Of a stretch of DNA of 64,000 nt, positions 22,174 to 34,600 are shown piece after piece. Under the pieces are notes generated by a model. The model made no database searches. It saw only the letters and a list, made by a program, of their open reading frames with translations, and was not told where the DNA came from. Each line of letters opens with the position of its first letter. The first letter of the stretch is position 1. The stretch is from Eutreptiella sp. 'Long Island Sound 2002'. Lineage: Eukaryota > Protista > Euglenida. A program made the translations under genes and the position numbers. Location: the NCBI GenBank assembly GCA_964036045.1, contig OZ038379.1, forward strand, positions 40,734,001-40,798,000, in the 5' to 3' direction.

Positions 22174-25100
22174 CACCGCCCTGCATGCGATGTCGAACGC
22201 CAACCTCCCCTGTACAACCCACAAAGGCACAGGGTCAAGACCGCCTGCAGCATGTGGCGTAAGAAGGCGCATGGACGCCGGATTGTCTTGTTGCCGATGA
22301 CCGTCGAAGACGCCCCCCAATAAAAACATGGGGGCGGCCAGCGGAGCGAACGGCATGGACGGCCCTTGACAGTCCGGGTGCCAGTCATCGTCCCTGTACC
22401 CGCCCACCACATATGCAACGCCCGTAGCGAACTGTCTTGTGCGCTTGGTGGCCTTTTTGTGCCACATTTGGTGAAGTAGACGATGGGTTAGGGGACTGGG
22501 CATCTGGGACTTGAAGACCGCTTGGATACCCGTTAGCCACACATCGAGCTCAGTGGGCCCAACTCCCACATTTGGAAGGGGCACATGATCTTGCTGACAA
22601 TCCTAAAGCAACACGGCGCATTGTCTGGGCTCATGGCATGGAAGCCGCACGTGCAGGAGGTCATTCGCCACATCCGTTAAAGACCCCACTGCCGTGTCCG
22701 TGCAGGGCCCAGACGGCACACAGATGTCTCTACCCTTGAAGGGGTAGGCCCGGGCCGCCCCCCGCCGTCCGGCCCATTGCATCTGCGGCAGATGAGCGTG
22801 CACACACGAGTGCACCGATGACAGCATGATGAGTCCGACTCCCATCTTCCCCATGGCTCAGAGCACTCGGTTGACCCACGTGTCTCCTGCATACAATGCG
22901 AACCCCGTGGAAGGAACCATGAATTGACCGCACACCCCATACTGCATGTGTAGGTCGTCAAGCATGGCTATCAATTCACCTTTGATCACAGCCAAGGGAT
23001 GATGTGTGAGCTCAGCCAAAGTTACTACCACAGAGTCACGGCACAGGACGCGCATATCCGCCCAACTTAAGCGCTTTACTAAACCGCACCACCACATTGG
23101 ACAGGTCTTTGCGCAGTTTTTCACACTGCAGGGCCGCGATCTTGATAGCAGCCATTTAACCATTACCTCCGCAGTGTCCAAGAAGTACGGCGCCGAGGTA
23201 CCGCACAATGCCACCTACCACGGCTACAATCACCTCATGGGGTAGTGACGCCGGCCCCAGGGTGTTCTTGCACCAGCCTAGGAGAGCTGCGCAGCGGAGT
23301 TCATGCTTCTCCTTCATGGATGCCATTCCTTTCGGATCCAGCCTAAGGCCCAGGTACGGCACAGTACTCTTGGCCACCAGACAAACCCACGGAGTTACCG
23401 CATTGATAGGGCTCAGGTGCACCATGATTGAGGGGACAGGAGTTGTAGTGGCGTACGCACACTTGCCAGCATTGAGGGACATGCCCATGTCCGCCAAGCA
23501 CTGCGCAATTGTTGCTCCGTACTCCGGGAACTGCGGTAAGGAGTGCGCTATCAGCAAGAGGTCGTCACAATACGCTTGTACCACGGGCCGCACCGCGTGG
23601 CGGGCACCCCCTTGGGCTTTGCCGGCAAGGCTCCGCAGGAGGGGTTCCAGGAGGAGGAGGTAGAGCACGGCGCTTTCCGCGCTGCCTTGCCTTAGGCCTC
23701 CTTGGAGGCGGATGCTCGGGGTGGGACCGTGCGCTGTGACAATGCGCACTGTGGAGCCACAGTTAAGGGTATGGAAGAGCTTTAGAAGCTCCTCGGGGAC
23801 TCCCATGTGGGGCACAAGGAGAGCCACAGCCCCATGTGGGGCGATGTCGAAGGCCTTGGAGACATCAAAGGCCACGACATGATTCTCCTCGTGTCCCCGC
23901 TGCAGTCTGCGTTGTGCCACAAACACTAGGGCCGCCGCCGTTGAGCCCGGCATGGCCCCGAACAGCCAGTGTGCAGCCATTGCCTTACGAACCGGGACTG
24001 TTGTGAATCTCCTCATGAGGGGGGTCATAAGCATTCTCATGTCCTGTTGTCCCAATGCTATAGGCCTGTATGCATGCAAGTGTCCCGTGGTCATACCCTT
24101 GGGCATCAGCCACATGATGGCCTCATGCCACGACCCTAGGACTTTGGCACCACGGAGGATGGCCCGGTATGCGTGTACTAGGAGTCCTTGCACCGGCTCA
24201 GGCAACTCCGCAATGGGGGCCGCCGTGACTCTATTGGACCCCGGCGCCTTGTTGTCTGTGACGGCCTGCTTCACGGCGTTCTTGAGGGCGTGCAGAGTGT
24301 ACCGACCAGAAGCCGGAGGGAGTGTAGCTTACCACGTTGATGGCCCCACAGATCGCCGTCCACCGTGGCTGCAAATCCGGCACGTTGCCTCGCCGGTATT
24401 CCTTGATGGACCTGCGCCAATTGCATGTGAGCACACCCCTCAGCTCTTCCACGCAAATGTCAAGCGGTTGAAGGTGTTGATCCAGAGCATCGCGCGAATC
24501 CTCCATGGTGGCGAGGGACAAGTTGGGGTCCACCTGCCGGAGGTGCTAAAGTAGGGTAGCAGCTTCTCTGGAGGTGGGTCCTGCCCCCTCCGCGTCGCGA
24601 TTCCAGAACTCCAAGGCCCGCCACACGAGGGCGCGTTGATCCGTGAGGACCTGGGACACAGACGCCTCCATCTCCGCTTGTGCATACAGGTGCTGCGAGT
24701 CCATGCCGTGGCATGCGCACCGCCCGTTACCCGTGACACTTGGTCACACAAGGCATAGAGCAGGTCGAAGACTGCCTAAACTTCCGGCGTGCCCATGGTG
24801 GCAGTGTCCTAATTGGACGAGAACAACTCCAAAAACACCGGATCAGCACAGGCCCACTACAGCACTGCCACCGGCGCCTCGGGGACCCCCGGTGAGTCCG
24901 GACGCATGGCGTGCAGCCAGCCATGAGCGTGCGAGGAGGCAAGCCTTGTGATCCTCTCCTTGGCAGCCAATGCCAGTAGGATGCGCACGACAAACGGTGC
25001 CATGGTCAGACCCTGGCGCCGCAGGAGATCTCCCCGGTACCAGCTACGGGTGCTCACACATTGCCCACGGGACTAATGGTGCGTTGAGCAAGAAGGAGTC

Positions 25101-25568
25101 CGGCTTATGCCCTGCACGCGTAGGCTACTGGTCTTCCTCTGCCGTTCGTCCTGCGCTTAGGAACCCACACTGTTCCCATAGTGCCATGAATTGCCTCGTG
25201 GTGAAGTGTCCTGGGGACTCCAGCCATATGTTGAGGTCCCTGTCGATGAGCACCGGCCTCGTGCCTCCCGCGCTCCTGGCCGCCGCATACATGGCCACGT
25301 CAGCCCAGAAGGACACCTTAGACGCCCAGGAGTCACCGCCACTGCCCGGGCTATGGACGTCGATGACCGTGAATGACCCACCTTCGGTCACCACATCGAG
25401 GGCCATGCCCTTGCCCGGTACGATGTCCACCACACCTCAAACCTCCTCCGCAACGAACACGTCCGCTCGAAGGGCAATCCAGTGACCACCACGTACCGCA
25501 GCCGCCGACGCCACTTCGGGATCAACCCCCAGGAGCGCGTGGTATCCATGGTGGCGCCATTGATTCTC
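22174..25568 (-). mobile_element. LINE-B middle segment (C-terminal part of APE, RT)
   Basis: HHGYHALLG..GGHWIALR, TVIDVHSPG, VLIDRDLN, followed by the RT ORF. Confidence 0.92.
23156..24274 (-). pseudogene. LINE-B reverse transcriptase domain (372-aa open stretch)
   Basis: KAPGSN, LMPKG..YRPIAL, LFGAMPG, AFDVSKAFD, GLRQGSAES, AYCDD, LNAGKC, PYLGLRL. Confidence 0.95.
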
Positions 25569-25789
25569 CATATTCCTTTGGCTACCATCTGTACGTTTTT
25601 GGCCGGAGGCGCCCTCTTTCTGGCCCACGGTGTTGCACGTAAGGTTTTGAAAACGCGTAGAGCGCGCACAACGCGTACAACACATACAGGCCCAGTAACA
25701 CGCACAGAACGCCTAGCACGCCGAACACGAGCCTCCAGAGGCACGTGCAGAATTGGAATACCGGACCGCGCGGAACGTGCAGAACGCGC

Positions 25790-26273
25790 AGCACGTCGCT
25801 TTGCACACGGGCGCACATCGAGGAGGGGCCGCGTCCTCACAGTTGGGTATCCAGCCTACGCGGTTGTCCCCCAGGGTTCGCACTGGTCCCATGGGTAGGG
25901 ATAGCAGAGGCTCCGCCTCCATGATCGTCTCGTTCAAGCCCCCCATTCCACCAAACTACTCCTCATCCTCCTCATCCTCCTCATCCTCCTTGCGGTCCCA
26001 AACCCCGTCCACCTGCATTGGTCGCACCATCCCCAATAGAATTAGGAATGCATTGTACCTAGGTACTAGAGGTAGCAGGTCTGGCCTTCCGTGGTCCCGT
26101 AGGGCTTGGCATTGTAGATTCTCTATGGGGCTCATGATATGGTCCCACACCTCGTCCTCAGTATAGCCGATGAGCCAGGATTCCCCGGGCCGGATACCGT
26201 ACTGGATATCGGCCGCACAGTCCTCCCGTGGGAGCCTATGGTCGTACAGCGGTGGTTGAAATTTTGGTGGCAT
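25790..26273 (-). pseudogene. T2 gene B: small acidic protein, unknown function
   Basis: ATG at 26273 after an acceptor-like TTCTACAG; MPPKFQPPLYDHRLPREDC..EDEEDEEDEE, TAG at 25956, then in-frame continuation. Confidence 0.5.
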
Positions 26274-26839
26274 CACAAACAAAGATTGTTGAGAAATGAG
26301 ACTCTGTAGAACACGCAACACACCAGTGGCAGTTCCAGAGGCAACATCAGAGGCAGCAAAAGCGGAACGTGTAGAACGCGCAGCACACGCAGAACGCGTA
26401 ACACGACCTCCAGAGGCAGACACAGAAGCAGACGCGTAGAGCGCGTATTACACGAAACACACAAAGGACAGGGGATGGACAATGGGGGCGGCAACACAAA
26501 CAAGTCAATTGTTGCTTTCTGGAAACGGTGTCCGTGCACCCTACATGGTCCACGCATAGCAGCGGCCGCAGCCGCCACCATTCATCCGAACGTCGAAAAA
26601 GTATTCACAACACAATAAATACCGGCATCGGTGCCCCAATGGAAGCGCCGCCTACCGATGCCACCACTGTGGGGTTGGCTGTGAATGTGCTTGCTGGGCC
26701 AACGGCTGTGGCCTGGAAAAGAAGAGGGGTTGTGAGGTTTGTCTGCCGCGGACCTCATCGGGGTCGGGCCACTCATCCCCCTCCTGTGTGTTTGAAAAAA
26801 TGCAGCCTGGACTGCTCCAACTTAGGTCGGCGCGATTTA

Positions 26840-29669
26840 CTAAATCTGCAATATCTCGTCCTTCTCCTCCATCTCCTCTCCCGCCGCTGCGGCTTCCTCC
26901 GGGGGCTCCTCTCCCATTTCCGCATCGCTCTTCGGCGCCCCAGCGCTCTCTTCCTTGGCTGCCTCCGGCTCCTGCGGTGGATCCATTGGCGCGGTCGACT
27001 CCTCCTCCGGCTCCGTTTTGATTGGGTGCTGCAGAACACGGAACACGCGTGAAACATGCAACCCACCTCTAGAGGCAATCCGAGAGGCACCAAAAAGGAA
27101 ACGTGTGGAACGCGCAGAACGCGGAGAACACGGGGCTCGCATCCAGAGGCACACCCGGAGGCTACGCGCAAATCCCCTGGAACGCATAGTACTAATGTGC
27201 AACGCGCACCTGTGCACCTTCCGTGTGCGGGGGTCCCGTCTTCGGCCCCATCTCCGGCCTGCCTTGCTGCTCCCCGGACGGTGGCGGTGGTGGCGGACGT
27301 CCTTGCGGCATTGGCTGGGGTGGTGGGAGTATTGGCGCTGGTGGGTCCCCCGGCGGTGGCCGTGGCTGCAGCATTCCTTGCCGTGGAGGATACGTGGGTG
27401 GCGGCGGATAATCCAGGGGCTGGTACTTGTACGGGTCGGACCCATACGGGAGGCTCCCGGAGCTCGAAGGCAGGTCCGGATCCGTGTTCATCGGCTGGTA
27501 CTCGTACCGCAGGTCATACTCGTATCGCGGCTCATACGGATACCCATGCTGCTGCGGATACCCATACTCCTCCCAGGTTGTCTGCAGAACATGCAGAGCG
27601 CGCAAACAGTTAAGACATGGGAAGGCAAATCCAGAGGAAGTCACAGAATCGAACGTGCAGACCGCGTAGAAGGCGTAAGACGCCCAAAGCACACAAGAGG
27701 CAACTCCAGAGGCAAGTGAAAAGACCCGTGCCACGACACCCCGCACAGGAAGGCACACCCGCTACCTGTTTGCATCCTTTGTTCTCACGAGTGTCCATGC
27801 CCCTGTGTCGGGGAGGTCGACACCTCTGTCCTACGTTAAGGTATAGGCCATGAGGCCAGCCATGCGGACCGTGCGCGACAGCTTCTCCTGTACAAACCAC
27901 GCAAAGCGCGTGCAACACCGGAAGGCACCCCTAGAGGCAACGAAGAGGCGAAACGTCGGGAACACGTAGCACGCGCAGAACGCCGAAGACGCGCTACACG
28001 CTATACTGGGGGCGTTACAGAGGGAACACGCAACACATGCAGTACACCTGCAAAGAGTCAGTGGGCATGTCGACAATGTCCTCCGCACCAAACGCACTCA
28101 GCTGGTCCATGGTGCGCCGTGGTCGGTATCCAGACGACAGGGGCTCCCCCTTCAATTTCGCCAACGGCAGGCCTGCAGCTGCGGGGTCACCAAATTCCGT
28201 AGGCCAGTCCGGGGCTCCGACACAGTTCGTGCACACCGACACCCCCTTGATCAACCCGGTTGCGATTTGGCGGGGTGAGCTGCTGGGGTATCGCTCCTCA
28301 AACAGTTCTCTGGCAGCGGCTGTGCTTTGTGCATTCTTCGTGCCACGGCGGAGGACCATCTGCACACTGTACGCCCGCACGTCCGTCACCAAAAGCAGCG
28401 GCAGGCCCGATTCGCGGCGCGCTTGTGTTTCCTCGGCCAAACACACTTTGTAGTGTTGGCATACTCGTCCGAGTGACACTTCATATTCCGACTCCACGGT
28501 GCGCTGCATGACCTGCACATCGTTGGAGTAGGTGGCCCCGGCTTGGTACTTCTCCCCTCGGGTTGCACCTGTGGGCATCGACCTGTGCGGTTCGCCTTCC
28601 ACTGCGTAACGCACATGCTTGGGCTTCTCCTCCACCTTCTTCTTGCCCTTGCTCTTCTTCTTGGGTGGACTCTTCGTCTTTTTCTTCTTCTTCTTGGACA
28701 GCTCCTCCGCCTCTGGCCTTGCCTCTGGCTTTGCCTCTGGCTTCGCCTTGACAGGGGTCCCCTTTGGTTGTGCGGCCATGCAGGCAACCTCCAGGTGGGT
28801 GCTGCGGGGGGCGCGTTGGGCGAGGGACGGCTCGTCCTCGTCCTTCACACTGGCAGCATCACTGCCCTCCTCGTCCTCCTCCTCCTCCGCCTCCTCTGCC
28901 TCCTCCGGCTCCTCTTCCGACTCCTCCTCCGCCTCCTCTGCCTCCTCCGGCTCCTCTTCTGAATCCTCTTCCGACTCGTCCTCATCCGAACTCTCCGTGG
29001 TTCCCTCATCTTGGATCCACGTCCACAGCTGGTCGCGCGGAATCTGTAGAACATGCAGAAAATGCAAGACACATGGAGGCAACCCCAGAGGCAATACCAG
29101 AGGAAGCGCGCAGAGCGCCGAGAACGCGCAAAACGCATAACACACAACGAGAGGCAGATCCAGAGGCAACGGAAAAGGGAACGCATAAAACACCTTTTTG
29201 TATTTCAAGTAGCCATCCTTCTTGTTGCGGCTGTCCTGCACCACATGTGGCGCATGTGGCTTGCCCTTCCGGGCCTTGACCTGTTGAAGGGTGCAGCAGG
29301 CGGTAGGGGACAACAGACAGCGCAAAATAGTGGTCACATGAACTGCAAACCCGTGAACCTGGTACACCTGATACGTTGTGAGGTTCGTCAACCAAAATTC
29401 TTTCTCCTGGTTGTCCTTGGCCCCTTTCTTCTTCCGATTGACCCATCCGGCATGCCACTCCGCTGCGACACAAGGGGGTGAGGAGGACAGCGGTGCAAGG
29501 CGAGAAGCGAGATGAAAACGAACACACACACACACATACTTGTGGCTTGTTTAATTTGAAAGACAACGAAGGCGTCGTGCTTCAGTTTCTCCGGATGCTT
29601 CCACTCTCCCAGCTTCCCACCCTTCTGCAACCATTGAGAATGTGTGGCGGGGTACAGGGGTGCAGGCAT
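26840..29669 (-). pseudogene. T2 gene A: 7-exon gene, ~660 aa; acidic tract, Lys-rich NLS-like patch, Tyr/Pro-rich region
   Basis: GT-AG introns at 29463-29539, 29281-29367, 29044-29193, 27888-28047, 27582-27765, 27029-27209. Exon phases are consistent except exon 27766-27887 (122 nt, in-frame TAG). Spliced junctions read KQAT|TEWHAGW, LTTYQ|VKARKGK, YLKYKK|IPRDQLW. Confidence 0.75.
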
Positions 29670-30273
29670 GGCTCCTGCACCATAAAAGCAAAGCGGCCTA
29701 TGAATGTTGGGACAAAAAAATGCTGCAGAGCACGTAGCACGCGTAGAACGGCTCCAGAGGCAACGTCAGAAGCGAAAAACGACAACACACAAAACACCCA
29801 ACACACGTGGGCAATGTAGCACCAAGGCAAACGCATAGGCAGAAGGCAATTGTCGTTGGAATACGCACGTTTCAGTTCCATTGGGAACCAGTGCAGGTGT
29901 GTGGCAGAGTACACGGGTGAAAGCATGGCAAAAAAACAAAAAAAAAATCGGGGGTGGTATGATAGGTGTGAAGCGCTTAGCCCTTGCAGAACGCGTAGAA
30001 CGCGTAGGAAGACTTCCAGAGGCACACTCAGAGGCACCGGACCGAAACACGCAGGACGCGCAACACACGCCGCACACGTAGCACCAAGACAGAGGCAGAG
30101 GCATGAGGCAATTGTGCTTCTCTCCTCGAAAATGGTTGAATTGAGCTAAACGGATAGTTCCATTGCGTCGGGCACCCTCGAAAAACCCCCCGGAAGCACA
30201 AAACAATCATAAAAGAAAAAACGCGACAAAATTTCGAGCTATGCGTTCTACGCGTGGTAGCCAAAGGAATATG

Positions 30274-31300
30274 TACCACGCCATGGGGGTCCTGCAGGCC
30301 TCTCTCCTAGAAGGCACCAAGGATGGCACCTTCGGCCTTTGAAACACCCGTCGCAACCGCCTCACAGTGGAGCAAGCCCGGAGCCGTGGGCACGCCATCA
30401 CCCCGCATCGAGCCTTGGACGTTTCATGTTGCACGTTGGAGTCCGGGCGTTAGAGGCGGGACCCCTTGTCGGCATCGCTGCCGGATCCCGATCATCAGCC
30501 GGGCCCAGTTCTCCAGGAGGAGGAGGGCTGGCGGCACCATCGCTGGGCGGCGGTAGCGTCGATCCCTTGGCATGACCCGACGCCGACCCCTGTTGCGTAC
30601 CTCCGGAGGAGGTCGCTGCCGGGCGCTCCCCACGGGGCGCTAGGCAAGCCCACGTGGCTCCGCTGTGGGCCGCACCCGAGCCGGCTCCGGTGCCCCCCGT
30701 CGAAGACACTGCCGCAGACTTGCGAGCACCCCTCAACGTTGTAGGCGATGACGCCTCCTGCGCTCTTGAGGGTTGGACTCTTGTAGGCTGCGCGAGCGTC
30801 GACGGGCCAGCCTTGGCCACCGCGAAGGGCCCCGCCAGTCCACCAGGCATTACCCCTTGATCATGGCCTCCGCTTGCTGGGCTGAACCGGGTCCAACCCA
30901 AGGTCCCCCGCCAAGTCGTCGAGTATGTCCTTGCCGTGGAGGTGGCTAGGCTTCAAGTGTCAGGCAACAGACACTTAGTCAAGCCCCAAAGGGCAATTAG
31001 TCCATCCACATGAGCTCTCAAACCCAAAGGGTGTGAACAATAGGAACTGGGCGGGTAGGGTTTGGGTGGGCACTCATACAGGTAAAAAGACCCTATACAC
31101 AACAAAAGGTGGCATGTCCCTAGGGGGACGCATAGGAAAACAACTGTCCACCATGTGAGCCAGAGAGTCGTTTCCCATGCCGGCAGCACAAGCACCAAGA
31201 GTATTGAGGGAACAGCCAGCGTTACATATTCCAACAACCTCACACCATCTTGGCGGGCATAGAGTAGACATACCTTAGGGCCTAGGGTTTCCCCTCACGT
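30274..31300 (-). mobile_element. LINE-B 5' segment (N-terminal APE motifs and upstream region)
   Basis: RAT*NVQG (TWN motif, TGG>TGA) and AILGAF*E (QE motif); continues in frame to ENQWRHHG once T2 is removed. 5' limit is uncertain. Confidence 0.75.
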
Positions 31301-31609
31301 GTGTGATCCCCCCCCCCTGACCCCCGCCCTGAGAACATACAAAAAGCAATCCGCTACGTCACACCGCCCGGCCCGCGATTACACACTAGCACCGCAATAC
31401 TAACCGCTACACCTAGCTATAGCCGGAGTGGACACACGCAAGAAGCATGTTCGGCAGGCGGGGCAGCGTACTAGCCCTGACGCTTGCGTTTCACCCGCGA
31501 AGGCGGCACACCAAGGGCGTTTTTCGAGCAGCACAAGCCATCAACCAAGGGCATGGCCGCAGAGGCAGAACATAACCACCGTCACCCAACACTCAAGGGA
31601 GGTTAGCAC

Positions 31610-34600
31610 CAAGCCGGCCAGAGTTCGCGAGTATTGCTGGCCCTCCCACCCTTTCCTTGGGAGATTCATGGAGTGGGGGACCAGGCAGTGTGCCGCGTCC
31701 GCAACTAGCGCGACCATGTTGTCGCACACCTCAGCCTCGTGGTTAGTGGCCACAAGGAAGTGATGTTGTGGCCCGGACTTACCTGCTTACCGCACGCCCG
31801 ATACAGTCCCTCCAAGGCATTGCGCATTTCGGCTGATGGCAGAAGGCGTCCGCGCTATCGAAGAACCTGGCAAGCGCACGAAGGAGCTGCTTTCCTGCCG
31901 CCCCTAGCCAAATGGCAACCCGCAGCGTCGGCAGGTCCCTCCACAGGGCCCTGGCAACCGGGTCCCGCCAGGGATGAGGGCTCTCGGCTCCCCACCGGAT
32001 GGTGACCACGACCACGTGTGTGGTCAGGGGCTCCGCGGTGAGGTGCAATGCAACTCTCCTATCCGTATCAACGGCCGTGCCCCACGGGGCCGTGAAGGCG
32101 TGTCCTCTAACTCCACGGATGGTAACCCAACTCCACAGGACCACAATGGTCTCCCAGCTAGGGCCCGACTTCCTCGGCCACATCACCACTGGCGGGCACG
32201 GGCCATTTGCCGTCCGCAACCTCCATTCCACCCCCACCAATCGATCGTGGCCACGGGGCCGCAGGAACGCATCGCACGCATCAGGGGGCAAGTGGTGGAC
32301 CTCTGCCCTCATATCGGACCCGTCCCCACGTGTGAAGTGGAGCCCCTCGAGGATGCTCCGCGTCATGGGACCGGGGAGGCCAACGGATGTGACCTCCATC
32401 CTCTGCCACGGCCGGAACCCCGGTCCGTGCTCCAGCGGACAGATCTCACGATCGAGCACTGCCAGCCCGGCTGCTACCGTGGGGAGGTGCAGGGACACAG
32501 CCCAAGGCTGGGCGGTGACTGCCGTGCGGGCAGATCCGGGCAGGCCGCCACGGTGCTGCCATCCTAGATCCAGCTAAGCGCCCTGTTCCAACACTGTGTC
32601 CAGGTAACGCCCGCCGTGGGCAGCTATCAAGACGTACCGGTAGGTCACGGCAGCGTGAGCGTGCCATCTCAACTGGTCCATGACCGCGGTGTGTGTGTGC
32701 CAAGTGCAGACCCACCCCAAGGACGCCTCCTGGAGGACACCATGTCCCTCCATGGGACCACCGGTAACGGGGTGAGCAAGGCGGCTACACCACAATGCAG
32801 TGCCACCGCCCTCACGACCTTGCCCGCATGGGCAACCACGTACCCAACCGTTGGAAGCCCCCCACTTTGTGCCGCCTCCGACACGTCGCACAGCACCACC
32901 TCGTTGCGGTGTGACCGTTTAAGGCAGAGGGCCCCCGGGCGAGGGATTGTCCCAAGGATCATCACCATGTCCTGGGGTACCCCCTGCGGCACTGGGGGTT
33001 GAAAAAGGGCGAAGCGGCATGTGTCGGCCCTCATGCAAACCCTTTGGCCCAACGCCTACACGTTTCCACCTCCCTTGTCTTGGAACGCGCCTTGTTCGCC
33101 ACTCCTATCTCCTCCCGCTCTACTTCGTGCACCTCCCGGGCGCCCGCAATCTCAAGTCCGTCATCCTATTCAGTACCGGTGCCCTCCATCCGTTGGCAAC
33201 GCTCTTGGCTGTGGCCTTACCCCTCTAGCTCTGCCGCAGTCGGCAGCCGGTAGTTCGCCGGGCGCCGCCATGATGAGCGCGAGGGCCGCCTCCATGTGGG
33301 CCTCCACGTCCAACGCATCGCCCGCAGGTCCGCTCAGGTCCGGTTCCGGTGCCTCTGGCTGCCTCGCCAAGAAAGCACCTTCAGCAGCAGCCTCTGGTGG
33401 CCCCTGGCGCCGCACTCCCTGCCCTGCCTCCCGCCCCGTCCTCTCCCAGCACAACGACGCGCTTTGTCGCATGTCTTCTGCGTCCCGTCGCATGCCCACC
33501 ACCACCACCAGCCGGGGGTTACGGCCACGGTTCGCTGGGCGATATCTGCTGGAGGTGGGGGTAAGAACCGCATTGTCGACAGCGAGCGACAAGCGCTCCT
33601 CGCCCTCCACACGGAGTGCGGCCTCCGTGCCTTCGGCCTGCAGCGCCACCACAACCGCATGGGACCCTAGCGCCGGAGGCGTGAAGGGCCGCCTACCGTG
33701 ACTCGGGAGCCAGGCGTCCGCGCTACTCCTCCTCAGAGCCACGTAAAGGCACTCCTCCTCGAATCCATCCGGCAACGCCACCTAAGGCTCCGGCAGGCGC
33801 ACCGCCGGTGGGAGGCATTCCTCCGGCTTAGCAGCCCGCACGTCCCGCGGGTGGTAGTCCACGACCATAGCGTCCCCCAACTGGGCACAGCAGACGTAGT
33901 CACTCATCAAGGGCACGTCCGCCAGGGCCATCTCCCGGGTGACCCTCCCCGGAGGGTGTTGCTCTTGTACGAGGACGACACTGGGCACGACGTCTACCAC
34001 GGCATGGACACGGACCCGACAAACGCGCCGCTCTCGCCCATGCCTACCGCAGTGCCGCCGCCGTTGTGAACGGCGGCACTGCAGGTTCCATGCGGCCGAG
34101 GGCGTCCACGATCACCACCTCTCGGGCAGTGGGCAACACGCGGCGACGTCGTTGGTGGGCGTCGTGGAGCTCTTGGAGCTCGGGCTGTCAAGTCACTGGG
34201 CCCGCACTCCATCTCCTCGTAGAATTCCTCCGAAGCAACGTCCATCATTCCTTGAATGTGCCCCGTAACTGCCATTGCCGGCGGCGACTCCGGTCGCGGG
34301 GGGAAAAGCGCCAAGGGCCGCTCGTTTGCAGCCTCGCTGCCCACCGCCCCCAGCGCATTCTACCGTGCCCTCAGGCCATCCGGCAGTCGGGCGCGGTTGA
34401 TGCCCGTGGCAAAGTCCATTAATTACTCCATCCCGCCCGCGCATGGCCCCCCTGGCCGCACCACCCGCCAGTCCCTCCACCCCCACATCCACTCTATCAC
34501 CCCCATAGCAGCAGTACGCTCCGCGCCGAGCGCCACTTCCTCCTCTATCACCCCGACCTCGCCCGCCCGTACCGGTGACTCCTCCTGCACAGGTGCATCC

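Larger units (their letters stand above)
25569..30273 (-). mobile_element. T2: 4705-bp TIR element with no visible transposase, carrying spliced genes
   Basis: Perfect 19-bp TIR CATATTCCTTTGGCTACCA (25569-25587 / 30255-30273); flanks are the two halves of the LINE-B APE; no target duplication. Confidence 0.9.

Noticed and set aside
30495-30530. Second 2A-like peptide upstream of the LINE-B APE (ALLLLEN.GP-like)
   Set aside because: GDVE is absent and at least two separate deletions would have to be assumed; worth rechecking only on a consensus.
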